IMG/VR virus record: IMGVR_UViG_3300044733_004754
Source of the DNA: a virus
Length of the DNA: 64,000 nucleotides
Reading direction: 5' to 3' (one strand)
This document shows, piece by piece, positions 37,884 to 47,741 of this stretch (position 1 is its first letter; each line of letters begins with the position of its first letter). Under the pieces are notes generated by a model that searched no databases, had not been told where the DNA came from, and saw only the letters and a program-made list of their open reading frames with translations. The translations under genes were made by a program, and so were the position numbers.

Positions 37884-38641
37884 AGACAGTAATCTTTGGA
37901 AAGGGTAAGGTGGGTATGGCCACCGATATTACTTTGGAAACAAATGCAGACTTTCATGATCCATATAAGGGGGTTCATGTTGATGATTTTAGTAAATATG
38001 AGCTTGCTATCATTTGTGTATCTTCACTAGTTGAAGGACCACATGATCACTCGGCCATTACCGAATGTTTGGTAAAATTAAATGATGTAAAGTTTGATGG
38101 ATTGATTGCCATTCGCTGTACAGTTTCGCCAGCATTTCTCAGCTTGTGGGAAAAACAGTTTCCCAATTTGAAGATCGTTCATTTCCCCGAATTCATGAAA
38201 CAAGGGGATGACAATTATTTGGACGAACCGTGGATTGTTGTGCTTGGAGGTAAGACATCCTTGACGCAGGAGCTTGGTGCATTCCTCATGCGACGTGGGT
38301 ATGGTACTCCTTCAATGCTACACTTTTGTAGCTTAGCTGAGAGCTCACTCATCAAACTACATCAGAACGCAGGACTTGCATTAAAAGTAACATATGCAAA
38401 CATTATGTACGAAACGTGCAAAGCATACGGAGCTGATTATGATGTTGTACGTAAAGGTGTAGCCGCGGATGTACGCGTTGGGCCAGGACACTTGCAAGTA
38501 CCTGGTGAACATGGTTTTGGATTTGCTGGCCATTGTCTACCGAAGGACCTACGTTGCTTAGACAACGCATCCTACAATAGAGGGTTCTGGAATAAAATCC
38601 TTTCTATTAATGATGAACTGAGGAAAAAGAATGTCGGATAA
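37880..38641 (+). CDS. UDP-glucose/GDP-mannose dehydrogenase-like protein lacking the C-terminal domain
   Basis: GKGKVG Rossmann motif, PEF, and GFAGHCLPKD catalytic Cys motif. Confidence 0.8.
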   Translation: MKTVIFGKGKVGMATDITLETNADFHDPYKGVHVDDFSKYELAIICVSSLVEGPHDHSAITECLVKLNDVKFDGLIAIRCTVSPAFLSLWEKQFPNLKIVHFPEFMKQGDDNYLDEPWIVVLGGKTSLTQELGAFLMRRGYGTPSMLHFCSLAESSLIKLHQNAGLALKVTYANIMYETCKAYGADYDVVRKGVAADVRVGPGHLQVPGEHGFGFAGHCLPKDLRCLDNASYNRGFWNKILSINDELRKKNVG

Positions 38642-39542
38642 AAAGATTGCCTATAGTGAAATCTTTCACTCAATACAGGGTGAGGGACATTACACTGGGC
38701 GCCCTACGGCATGGCTGCGATTCTTTCTGTGTAACCTGCAGTGCAATGGTTTTGGACAAAAAGATCCTACCGATCCTTCAACGTATGTTCTGCCCTATAA
38801 AGAGGTTAACATTGAAGGTATTAAAAGACTCGAGGATCTTCCTGTTTGGAAATATGGATGTGATTCGTCATATTCGTGGTCGGCAAAATTTAAGCATTTG
38901 CAGCATAAGCACATAGCAGAGGATATTTGCACACGTATCCGTCAATCAATGTACCATCCAACTAATCTAGAAGGTAGATTTAACAAAGTTGACGGTACAA
39001 TGCAGCATATGTGCTTTACAGGTGGTGAGCCCTTGATGCGCCATGCACAAATGGCTGCTATTGATATCATTGATCACTTCGCGACAGAAGGCGATTACCC
39101 GTTGTTCATGACGTGGGAGACTAACGGAACACAGGAACTGACGTCGGAGTTTTCTGATTACTTTAGTTCTTATCCGGGTGAAGTATTCTTTTCCGTTTCA
39201 CCAAAACTGTTTACAACATCGGGAGAAAAAACAGAGGATGCTATTAAGCCTGAGATCGTAAAGACCTATGAAGACCTCTCACCACATGGTCAACTGAAGT
39301 TTGTCGTGAACGGCTCAGTTGAGTCATGGAATGAATTGGAAACAACACTAGTTAAATTCAGAGAAGCAGGCGTGACATATCCTGTTTGGGTAATGAGTGC
39401 TGGTGCCACACTCGAGGCTCAAAAAGGAACCGAAGCTAACTACATCGGAGAAGCTCATATTGCTCAAGAAGCATATAAGCGTGGTTACAACTACTCCTCG
39501 CGTGTGCATGTTCACATCTGGGGAAACACTATGGGGACATAA
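38631..39542 (+). CDS. queE: 7-carboxy-7-deazaguanine synthase (radical SAM)
   Basis: EIFHSIQGEG, CNLQC...CDS, TGGEPL, ETNGT, SVSPKL and RVHVHIWG motifs. Confidence 0.9.
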   Translation: MSDKKIAYSEIFHSIQGEGHYTGRPTAWLRFFLCNLQCNGFGQKDPTDPSTYVLPYKEVNIEGIKRLEDLPVWKYGCDSSYSWSAKFKHLQHKHIAEDICTRIRQSMYHPTNLEGRFNKVDGTMQHMCFTGGEPLMRHAQMAAIDIIDHFATEGDYPLFMTWETNGTQELTSEFSDYFSSYPGEVFFSVSPKLFTTSGEKTEDAIKPEIVKTYEDLSPHGQLKFVVNGSVESWNELETTLVKFREAGVTYPVWVMSAGATLEAQKGTEANYIGEAHIAQEAYKRGYNYSSRVHVHIWGNTMGT

Positions 39543-39545
39543 TAA

Positions 39546-40073
39546 ATGATGTGGGATTCGCAATACGGGCCTAGACCAAGGCAATACAAATACGTTTCAA
39601 CAAAAGAATATCACGATGCATTTCCTTGTGCATATAGGCAGTGGAAAGCCGACAGTCATTGCAACATGATCCATGGTTACAGTTTCTCAATGAAGTTCTA
39701 TTTTGGAACTGATCACCTCGATGTTCGTAATTGGGTTGCGGATTATGGTGGCCTAAAAGAGCTCAAACATTTTCTAGAAAGCCAATTTGATCATACGTTG
39801 CTCGTAGCTCAGGATGACCCTGAACTCGAGATTTACAAAGAGCTTGAAAGACGTAAGCTGGCCAAGCTAACAATCCTTTCTAAGCTGGGCTGTGAAGGAT
39901 TAGCCGATCAGCTTTATAAATATGTTAATGGTGTTTACATTCCTGATATGTGGGGACCCAGTGAGGCAAAGCGTTTGTGGTGCTTCCGTGTGGAAGTTCG
40001 TGAAACGCAAAGCAATATGGCTTTTAGAGAGGGTCATAGAGAATGGGATGAAGATTTGTTTGAAGGATTATGA
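39546..40073 (+). CDS. queD: 6-carboxytetrahydropterin synthase
   Basis: HCNMIHGYS, WVADYGGLK, FDHTLL, GCEGLA and VRET T-fold motifs; adjacent to queE. Confidence 0.85.
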   Translation: MMWDSQYGPRPRQYKYVSTKEYHDAFPCAYRQWKADSHCNMIHGYSFSMKFYFGTDHLDVRNWVADYGGLKELKHFLESQFDHTLLVAQDDPELEIYKELERRKLAKLTILSKLGCEGLADQLYKYVNGVYIPDMWGPSEAKRLWCFRVEVRETQSNMAFREGHREWDEDLFEGL

Positions 40074-40927
40074 TGAGTGTAAGAATTTTAGTTATGGGGC
40101 TACCTGGATCAGGTAAGACGTACTTGACGCAGCGATTGAAAGAATATATTGAAACGCGTAGCGACTTTAGTACTATGCCATCAGAGAAACTCCTCAATTA
40201 TGAAGCACCTCCTCTGTTTTATAAATCGACTGTTGAATGGTTTAATGCAGATGAGATCCGTAAGAAATTTAATGATTGGGATTTTTCAAAAGAAGGAAGA
40301 ATCCGTCAGTCATTAAGAATGGCTCAATTTGCTTTAGCTTGTAAAAGCGATTATGTTATTTGTGATTTTATTGCCCCACTACCCGAGATGCGTCATAACT
40401 TTAAAGCAGATTGGGTAATTTGGATGGACACAATCGATGTCGGTAAGTATCAAGATACAAACAAGATGTTTGTTCCACCTGACCTATATGATTTTAGAAT
40501 TACAGAGATGAATGCGGAGAAATGGGTACCCTTTATTGGCGAACACATTCTGCATAACGAGCGACGTCCAACATTCAGTTGGAACAAGCCAACAGTTCAA
40601 ATGCTCGGAAGATGGCAGCCGTGGCATGGAGGACATCGAGCTTTGTTTGAGCGTGCTATAAAAAAGACCGGTCAAGTGTGTATAATGATTAGGGATAGTC
40701 ATGGTACGACGGGCAATCCATTTACAGCTGAACAAGTTAAAGATTTTGTTAAACGTGATCTGGACCCTGAGTATCAAGGCATGTATGAAGTAATACTCGT
40801 CCCCAACATTACAAACATTACATATGGTCGCGATGTTGGATACACAATTGAACAAGAAACATTTGATGAGGCTATAACAAATATCAGTGCTACTAATATC
40901 AGAAAAATGATGGGAATAATCAAATGA
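40070..40927 (+). CDS. Adenylylsulfate kinase-like domain fused to an HxGH nucleotidyltransferase domain
   Basis: GLPGSGKT P-loop and NADEIR...DFSKEGR in the N-terminal part; GRWQPWHGGH in the C-terminal part. Confidence 0.75.
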   Translation: MMSVRILVMGLPGSGKTYLTQRLKEYIETRSDFSTMPSEKLLNYEAPPLFYKSTVEWFNADEIRKKFNDWDFSKEGRIRQSLRMAQFALACKSDYVICDFIAPLPEMRHNFKADWVIWMDTIDVGKYQDTNKMFVPPDLYDFRITEMNAEKWVPFIGEHILHNERRPTFSWNKPTVQMLGRWQPWHGGHRALFERAIKKTGQVCIMIRDSHGTTGNPFTAEQVKDFVKRDLDPEYQGMYEVILVPNITNITYGRDVGYTIEQETFDEAITNISATNIRKMMGIIK

Positions 40928-41556
40928 TCGTTTGTGCTACACCACGTTCAGGTGCAACTAAGTTTGCTTCTGATAAGGCTAAGGAACTTAATATCGAATA
41001 TTACGATGAAGTACGTCCAGGGACTACTAAGGTGTTCAGACAGTCCTTTAATAATGTAAAGTGGTTTACGGGTGGGAAAGGACAATACCACGAGCTGCCC
41101 TACACTAACCACTTAGATATGGAAAAGTTTTACGAAGTTTCAAAAGATCCAGGTAATCCAAATTACATCATTCTTGCCAATGGTACGAACAGTCATTGGT
41201 TGTTTGATAGAGCTGATTGGTTTGTAGCACGTCGAAATCTATATGACTGGATGTGTTCCGTATGTAACTTCTGGCTCTTGAACCGGCAAGGTAATATGGG
41301 CGTGCAATTAATGCAAACATATCTTGCATTCATGTTTGAAAATGCGTACGTGTTGTATGATTATTGTACACGAATGAATAAAAAAATTGAATGGTATGAA
41401 GATATGCCATATGCGCGGCGAACTCCGTATGTGTGGCTTAATAAGCATCCCGAATACAAAGAGATTCTTCGTACAATGGAATCATTCGTTCAATACACAA
41501 AAATACTTGATGTGAATAAAGAATTAACGTATGATAGAGGTTTTAAGGAGATATGA
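40924..41556 (+). CDS. Sulfotransferase-like P-loop protein
   Basis: The N-terminal IVCATPRSGATK resembles the 5'-PSB motif; there is a later RRN...S and WYED. Confidence 0.55.
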   Translation: MIVCATPRSGATKFASDKAKELNIEYYDEVRPGTTKVFRQSFNNVKWFTGGKGQYHELPYTNHLDMEKFYEVSKDPGNPNYIILANGTNSHWLFDRADWFVARRNLYDWMCSVCNFWLLNRQGNMGVQLMQTYLAFMFENAYVLYDYCTRMNKKIEWYEDMPYARRTPYVWLNKHPEYKEILRTMESFVQYTKILDVNKELTYDRGFKEI

Positions 41557-42230
41557 TGGATAAAACCGATCCGCAGTTGGGTGAACAGGTACGTCAACAT
41601 CTTATTAAGGTTGGCCTTGAAACCCCTATGAACTATGACCTTGTAAAAATTAGTAACGAGGAAAAAATCGAGAAGATTAAGAACAACTTCTCTGAAATTA
41701 TGAATACGCTTGGTTTAGATCTAAGTGATGACTCTTTGTGTGATACTCCTAACCGTGTCGCAAAGATGTTTGTCAATGAAATCTTCTTTGGATTGGATTA
41801 CGATAATTTTCCAAAATGCACGCGTATTCAAAACAAGATGGGTGTCAACAACAGCTTTGTCCTAGAACGTAATGTTAATGTTCAATCAAACTGCGAACAT
41901 CATTTTGTAATCATCGACGGTAAAGCTACTGTGGCTTACATTCCGCGTGACACTATTCTAGGCCTTTCAAAACTCAATCGTATTGTTCAGTTCTTTGCTA
42001 AGCGTCCACAAGTACAGGAAAGGCTTACAGAACAAATTGCAGAAACGATTAGCTTCATCACTGGTTCCCCTGACGTTGCTGTATACATCGTTGGTGTGCA
42101 TTATTGTGTGAAATCACGAGGAATTCAGGACGTTGGTTCTTCAACAATGACGCTTGCAACACGCGGTGCATTCTCCGAGGAGCGCTCTGAAATTCGTCGC
42201 GAATTCCTTAATACGGCAAGGATGATGTGA
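41553..42230 (+). CDS. folE: GTP cyclohydrolase I
   Basis: DTPNRVAKM, SNCEHHF, GLSKLNR, RPQVQERLT and HYCVKSRG motifs. Confidence 0.96.
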   Translation: MMDKTDPQLGEQVRQHLIKVGLETPMNYDLVKISNEEKIEKIKNNFSEIMNTLGLDLSDDSLCDTPNRVAKMFVNEIFFGLDYDNFPKCTRIQNKMGVNNSFVLERNVNVQSNCEHHFVIIDGKATVAYIPRDTILGLSKLNRIVQFFAKRPQVQERLTEQIAETISFITGSPDVAVYIVGVHYCVKSRGIQDVGSSTMTLATRGAFSEERSEIRREFLNTARMM

Positions 42231-42781
42231 AGCCATATTGCTACCTCACATGGGATGAGCCGTTTGAGGATTACACCAAGCAACTCCAACATTTTGTTAA
42301 AAGAACTGGTTTTATAGAAAAAGGCACGTTCTTTAACCCTGTTGGAGCTGCTCGTGTATACGATGCAATCCCGTCACTTAAAACACTTTTTGAAAGACAC
42401 GGCTTACATGACTTCCATTCAATGGCCGTAATACGCGTGCTGCCTGCAACAGTTGCACCTAACTATCCACACACGGACGTGATGCCATCACCTAACCAAA
42501 AGGTAGCAATTAACTGGCCAGTGTTTAACTGTGAAGAAACTTTTACCTGTTTTTATGAGGAAAAAGAAAACGCCAATCCACAACTAGTAAAGTTGAGTAA
42601 TGGGTTGCCCTATAAAAAATACAGCTACGAAGATGTTATCGAAATGCACAGGATAAAGATCAATCGTCCAGTTGCACTTCGATATGATGTCTTACACGCT
42701 GTTGTCAACGAAACAAAAAATGTCCGCATTACAACATCGTTTCGATTTGACTTAAACCACTGGGAACTGTTTAATGGCTAA
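42227..42781 (+). CDS. 2OG-Fe(II) oxygenase-like protein
   Basis: PHTD...AINWP...LHAVVN...RITTSFRF fits HxD...H...RxS. Confidence 0.6.
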   Translation: MKPYCYLTWDEPFEDYTKQLQHFVKRTGFIEKGTFFNPVGAARVYDAIPSLKTLFERHGLHDFHSMAVIRVLPATVAPNYPHTDVMPSPNQKVAINWPVFNCEETFTCFYEEKENANPQLVKLSNGLPYKKYSYEDVIEMHRIKINRPVALRYDVLHAVVNETKNVRITTSFRFDLNHWELFNG

Positions 42782-43157
42782 AGTATACTTTTGTCGTTTC
42801 ACCGACAAGCGAACAAAACAAGTATTCTATAAGTTTGGTCACACATCTAAACAAGACGTTAATGAACGCTTTGATCCAAAGTATGATACGCGCTACAGCG
42901 AATTTCAAATTAAAGCTATTTGCAGTATTAAGGGTACGCTAGAGTGGTGTCAGCAAATTGAGGAGATGTTCAAGGTTCTTTTCCCAAAGAACATATGGCT
43001 CGAAGAGTTTTTCAATGATGAGAGGAAATGGGATAACTTTTCGGGTATTACCGAAATCGTTTATCTCAATAAAGATGAGTACGAGCGAGTGCGTGACGCT
43101 TTTTATTTCTTGAAAGAGTCACAAGCCAAAATAGAGGAAGAACATGAGTATCTTTAA
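42774..43157 (+). CDS. GIY-YIG-like nuclease
   Basis: VYF...FYKFGHTS...ERF...E...GITE pattern. Confidence 0.55.
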   Translation: MAKVYFCRFTDKRTKQVFYKFGHTSKQDVNERFDPKYDTRYSEFQIKAICSIKGTLEWCQQIEEMFKVLFPKNIWLEEFFNDERKWDNFSGITEIVYLNKDEYERVRDAFYFLKESQAKIEEEHEYL

Positions 43158-43749
43158 ATATCCAGATTGGTCTACAATTCATCACCTTTACTGGACAGAT
43201 ATAATTGAACAGTGCATGGATATTACTCAGCCAGTTAGAATGATTGAGGTTGGCTGTTTTGAGGGTCGGTCAACAATGTGGTTTGCTGATCGTTTAATAA
43301 ATGAGGAGTCACGTTTATTCTGTATCGACACATGGCAAGGTGGCGAAGAGATTGAACGGGTGGGGCTTGACTTTGATATGGAAGAAGTGAAATCTAATTT
43401 CTTCCATAATATAGCAGAACATCCTTACAGCAAGCAGATCATGCCTCTAGTAGGTACGTCACAAAAGATATTGACAATGTTGCTTCATGATATGTACACT
43501 CGACCCGACTTTATCTACTTGGATGGGTCACATACTCAGAAAGACACATTGATAGACTTGGTTCTTTCACTCAGTCTTGTAAAGGTCGGAGGAATTGTTG
43601 TTGTTGACGATTACATGAACAGTATGTCTACAAAAAATGAACTCTTACGTCCAAGAAAGGCTGTTGATTTTGTTGTATCATCTTTTGGAGATTCAGTAAG
43701 TTTTTCAACAACGCCTGAGAAACAGGCTGTCATCATAAGGAACAATTGA
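43144..43749 (+). CDS. Class I SAM-dependent methyltransferase (Methyltransf_24-like)
   Basis: IEVGCFEGRS, CIDTW, DFIYLDGSH and GGIVVVDDY motifs. Confidence 0.85.
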   Translation: MSIFKYPDWSTIHHLYWTDIIEQCMDITQPVRMIEVGCFEGRSTMWFADRLINEESRLFCIDTWQGGEEIERVGLDFDMEEVKSNFFHNIAEHPYSKQIMPLVGTSQKILTMLLHDMYTRPDFIYLDGSHTQKDTLIDLVLSLSLVKVGGIVVVDDYMNSMSTKNELLRPRKAVDFVVSSFGDSVSFSTTPEKQAVIIRNN

Positions 43750-44147
43750 TGGAAAAGAAGTCGTTTATTTGGGTTACCTTCCAGAAAGAAGGTATTCACA
43801 GGTATCCTGAAGCAGGCATTGATCCTGCATTGAAGACGGGTGATTGGCTTGATGTTAGTTTCCTAGCCGAACCACATCGTCACATCTTCCATTTCCGTGT
43901 TGAGATGGAAGTCTTTCATGACAACCGTGATGTTGAGTTCATTCAACTTAAACGTATTATTGAGAGCTGGTATAGGACGAACGTGCTTCAGCTTGATTTT
44001 AAGTCGTGTGAGATGATAGCACGTGACCTACACATGCAACTCATTATCCAATGGCCGGCACGGGATTATGTTGTCGAAGTATCAGAAGATGGTGAGAATG
44101 GCTGCCGAATTTATTTCCCTAAGGATACCTATGTCAAGCGCGATTAA
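43749..44147 (+). CDS. dpdL: QueD-like T-fold protein, putative CDG decarboxylase DpdL
   Basis: EGIHRYP, LAEPHRHIF (LxxxHRHxF), SCEMIA and VSEDGENG motifs. Lies directly upstream of a TGT-like gene. Confidence 0.7.
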   Translation: MEKKSFIWVTFQKEGIHRYPEAGIDPALKTGDWLDVSFLAEPHRHIFHFRVEMEVFHDNRDVEFIQLKRIIESWYRTNVLQLDFKSCEMIARDLHMQLIIQWPARDYVVEVSEDGENGCRIYFPKDTYVKRD

Positions 44148-45000
44148 TTTTTGTCATATTAGCCCTACAGCATATTTGGACAAGTACACGTCTACTAATG
44201 GGGCTCATTTGATTCTGGCTCATCTCGTTGAGACGGATCCTGTGTATCGAGATTATTATGCTAATCTTGAGGATGGTAAATACAAGATCATGGACAACAG
44301 TGCTTTTGAGATGTTTAAGCTCGGTAAACCGATGTATGAATCAGCGAAACTCATTGAAATGGGTAAGGCATGTAAGGCTGATTGTATTGTTATGTCTGAC
44401 TATCCGAAACAACCATCTGATGTTACTATCGACGCAGCAAAGAATTTGATTCCGCAATTCAAAGATAGCGGATTCGATACATTCTTTGTTCCACAGAGTC
44501 AGCTTGGTGATATGGACGATCTTATGGTGGCCATTGAATGGGGTCTTCAAAACGAAGATGTAACCCTTATCGGACTTTCAATCCTTTCAACGCCAATTGC
44601 TTGTGGTGTTGATGAGTCAACGTTTGAAGGTGGTAAACGTCACGATGCATATAAATTGCAGCGTTATCTGTCGCGTCTAAGAGTGTTTCATGAGCTCGAA
44701 GCTCGTGGGTATCTTGATGTGTACAGATCCTTTAAACGATTTCATTGTTTGGGGATGGTGGATGGGCCTAGAGAAATCGATCTGCTTCGGAAATATGAAG
44801 ACTATATCTTTTCGTGGGACTCGAGTGCAGCAGTATGGGCTGGCATTAACGGTGTGAGTTTTGACAGCTCACCTACAGGATTAATGTATGGAAAGTTTGA
44901 AAAGGAAGTTGATTTTGACTACGAGGGCGAACATAATGCTCGGTTAGTGATGAGTAACATTCATTTTATCAACGACCTTATTGAAGGAGTCTCTGTGTGA
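44131..45000 (+). CDS. dpdA: DNA guanine transglycosylase (DpdA-like, TGT barrel)
   Basis: IMDNSAFE, FFVPQ, FHCLGM and SWDSS are TGT-family motifs. Start at the ATG at 44131 with an AAGGA SD. Clustered with folE, queD and queE. Confidence 0.72.
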   Translation: MSSAINFCHISPTAYLDKYTSTNGAHLILAHLVETDPVYRDYYANLEDGKYKIMDNSAFEMFKLGKPMYESAKLIEMGKACKADCIVMSDYPKQPSDVTIDAAKNLIPQFKDSGFDTFFVPQSQLGDMDDLMVAIEWGLQNEDVTLIGLSILSTPIACGVDESTFEGGKRHDAYKLQRYLSRLRVFHELEARGYLDVYRSFKRFHCLGMVDGPREIDLLRKYEDYIFSWDSSAAVWAGINGVSFDSSPTGLMYGKFEKEVDFDYEGEHNARLVMSNIHFINDLIEGVSV

Positions 45001-45566
45001 AGGTTATTGCTCTGACAGGTCCGAAAGGATCAGGCAAAGACACAGCAGCTGATTTCATTTGTAAATATTATACAAATGTTGAGAAGGCTGCTTTTGCTGA
45101 TCCGATCAAGTATATTGTGCAGCATATTTTTAAACTAGATAGTCATTCTAGTCGTGAATATGATCGTCTTAAAAGAAGTAATTTGAGTTTTGAAGATCCG
45201 TCTACTCAAACGACATGGCGTGGAATTAATGGAAGGCATGTTGTTCGTGAGATTGGTATGTTAATGCGTAGTTATGATGAACAACAATTTAATCACTACA
45301 TTCAAAAAGCTATTATTGAAGCGGCAGCGCGCCGCTCCAGTATATTTGTTGTTACAGATTTGAGATTCGACAACGAATATATTATGCTTCGCCGGCACGG
45401 AGCAAAGATCGTAAAGATTGCAAGGCCTGATTATCAGTATGATGGCCATATTACAGAGCGTGGGTTTGATGATCATTTAATCGATTATGTTATTGACAAT
45501 AATGGTTCGCTCGGAGCTTTTGAAGTTAATGTAATGGATGTGATTGATAAGATTATTAAGGAGTGA
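44997..45566 (+). CDS. Deoxynucleoside monophosphate kinase (gp1-like)
   Basis: GPKGSGKDT, AFADPIK, TDLRFDNE and HITE motifs. Confidence 0.88.
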   Translation: MKVIALTGPKGSGKDTAADFICKYYTNVEKAAFADPIKYIVQHIFKLDSHSSREYDRLKRSNLSFEDPSTQTTWRGINGRHVVREIGMLMRSYDEQQFNHYIQKAIIEAAARRSSIFVVTDLRFDNEYIMLRRHGAKIVKIARPDYQYDGHITERGFDDHLIDYVIDNNGSLGAFEVNVMDVIDKIIKE

Positions 45567-45568
45567 TT

Positions 45569-46228
45569 ATGAAACATATTATGGGGCCGAACAGTAAGTC
45601 ACAATTGACTAATGTTCAGCAAGACGATGTACAACCAAATGCTGTTGATCTAAGACTTGGCAAAATCTTCAAAGTGTCTTCTTCGACATTTAAAATTGAT
45701 GAGAAAGAAAAGGTACATCGTGGATCATATGAAATCAAACCAGATGCAACTGGGTATTTCAATCTAGCAGAAGGCCATTATGAAGTCGTAATGGAAAATA
45801 TGATTACGGTTGGAGACAATGAAGCAGGGTGGGTTATTACGCGCTCTACGCTGAACCGTAACGGCGTCTTCCTCACATCAGGTTTGTATGATACAGGATA
45901 CGACGGAGTAATGGCTGGAATGATGCACGTTACGTGTGGTCCAATGCGTATCCAAAAGGGTACACGTATCGGTCAATACCTTTCATTCAATGCCGAATCC
46001 CTTCACAAGTACGAAGGAGATTATGGTAAGAATAAGTCTCACGATAAGAAATATCAGGGCGATCCAACTGTAAGCGCAGCCTCACTTGAAGCTACTATGG
46101 CCCTGTTGCAAGGCGACGAGGATAAATCTAATCAAGTGCTAAACGAAGCACTTAATCCACCTAAACGTAAACCAGGAAGACCTTTCGGGACAACGAAAGA
46201 TGAAATGGCAAAAAGGAATTCGCAATGA
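45569..46228 (+). CDS. dCTP deaminase / dUTPase family protein with C-terminal extension
   Basis: QPNAVDLRL, RSTLNRNG, YDTGYDG and RIGQ motifs. Confidence 0.85.
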   Translation: MKHIMGPNSKSQLTNVQQDDVQPNAVDLRLGKIFKVSSSTFKIDEKEKVHRGSYEIKPDATGYFNLAEGHYEVVMENMITVGDNEAGWVITRSTLNRNGVFLTSGLYDTGYDGVMAGMMHVTCGPMRIQKGTRIGQYLSFNAESLHKYEGDYGKNKSHDKKYQGDPTVSAASLEATMALLQGDEDKSNQVLNEALNPPKRKPGRPFGTTKDEMAKRNSQ

Positions 46229-47079
46229 CATTTGAAATTAAAGTACCTATTGAAGTTCTACGGAGACGTAAACTATTTGTGGCAACACCGATGTATGGTG
46301 GAGCTTGTGCAGGCATGTATGCACGCTCTATTGCTGACCTGTCTGCTATTTGTACACGTTATGGGATCACGCTTCAGCTCTACTACCTCTTTAACGAGTC
46401 ACTAATCACACGTGCTCGTAACTACTGTGTGGATGAGTTTATGCGCAGCGATGCAACACACCTCATGTTTATTGATAGTGATATTGGGTTTAATCCAAAC
46501 GATGTTATTGCTTTGCTTGCGTTGCAAGACGAAGAAAGTCCGTACGATGTGATTGGTGGTCCCTATCCTAAGAAATGTATCTCGTGGGAAAAGATCAAAC
46601 TAGCTGTCGATAAGGGGTTTGCTGATGAAGACCCAAACAGACTAGAGAAGTTTGTTGGTGACTATGTTTTCAATCCTAAAGGTGGACAACGTGAGATTCC
46701 TATTGGTCAGCCTGTTGAGGTGATGGAACTTGGTACAGGGTTCATGATGATTCGTCGCAAGACGTTTGAAGTTTATCGCGATACGTATCCTGAGCTGTCG
46801 TACAAGCCCGATCATGTTCGTACTGAAGCCTTTGATGGCTCACGCGAGATCCATGCATACTTTGATTGTATCATTGATCCACAGAGCAAACGGTATCTTT
46901 CAGAGGATTATAACTTTTGTTATCATGTTGCCAAGGCAGGTATGAAGACATGGTTATGTCCATGGATGAGCATGAACCACGTTGGTAGCTATATCTTTGG
47001 TGGTAGCTTGGCTGACCTTGCTGCAATCGGTGCTCCGGCTACTGCAGATACTGGAATGTTGAAGAAAGGTAAAAAATGA
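46225..47079 (+). CDS. GT-A (GT2-like) glycosyltransferase
   Basis: ATPMYGG, ESLITRARN, LMFIDSDI, GTGFMMI and YLSEDY.FC motifs. Confidence 0.75.
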   Translation: MTFEIKVPIEVLRRRKLFVATPMYGGACAGMYARSIADLSAICTRYGITLQLYYLFNESLITRARNYCVDEFMRSDATHLMFIDSDIGFNPNDVIALLALQDEESPYDVIGGPYPKKCISWEKIKLAVDKGFADEDPNRLEKFVGDYVFNPKGGQREIPIGQPVEVMELGTGFMMIRRKTFEVYRDTYPELSYKPDHVRTEAFDGSREIHAYFDCIIDPQSKRYLSEDYNFCYHVAKAGMKTWLCPWMSMNHVGSYIFGGSLADLAAIGAPATADTGMLKKGKK

Positions 47080-47741
47080 AACTTGAAAATCGTACAGTAC
47101 AGATTCTAAAGAACTTTGCTACGATTAATCCTTCAATGTTGTTTCGTGAGGGCAATACGCAGGTAACTATTGCTCCTCAACGGAACATTCTTGCTCGAAC
47201 GACGGTCGCAGAGAACTTTCCTAAAGAGTTTGCTATCTTTGATCTATCACGGTTTATTGGAGTGCTATCATTATTTAATGAACCTGAGATTGAATATGAT
47301 GATTCGCGCCTACTGATTAGTCAAGGCCAGCAAAAGGTTGCATATACATTTGCTGACCCATCGTTCATTGTGGCACCCCCATCAAAGACGCCTAATGTTC
47401 AAGATCCTGAGATCCTGTTTCGCCTGACATCCGAGCACTTGCAATCTACTATGCGTGCTCTTGGTGCTCTTCAAGCAACGCATATTATTGTAGAAGGGGA
47501 TGGCGAAAACATTAGTATTGGTGTTGGTAAGCCGAGTGATCCGACAGGAGATACATTTAAGATTGAAGTAGGTCTTAGCAACCATTCATTTAAGTTTGCT
47601 TTCAAAGCAGAGAACATTAAAATCCTGACAGGTGATTATGACGTACAAATTTCCTCTCGCAACATTTCTCATTTCAAAGGTAGTGATGTAGAATATTGGA
47701 TTATGGCAGATGCTAATCATTCCAACTTTGATACGAAATAA
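47076..47741 (+). CDS. gp45: Sliding clamp gp45
   Basis: ILKNFATINPS, FAIFDLSRF, ENIKIL.GDY.V and YWI motifs. Confidence 0.94.
   Translation: MKLENRTVQILKNFATINPSMLFREGNTQVTIAPQRNILARTTVAENFPKEFAIFDLSRFIGVLSLFNEPEIEYDDSRLLISQGQQKVAYTFADPSFIVAPPSKTPNVQDPEILFRLTSEHLQSTMRALGALQATHIIVEGDGENISIGVGKPSDPTGDTFKIEVGLSNHSFKFAFKAENIKILTGDYDVQISSRNISHFKGSDVEYWIMADANHSNFDTK

Noticed and set aside
42774-43157. Intron-encoded homing endonuclease
   Set aside because: It is a free-standing short ORF coupled to intact neighbours, and no interrupted host gene is evident.
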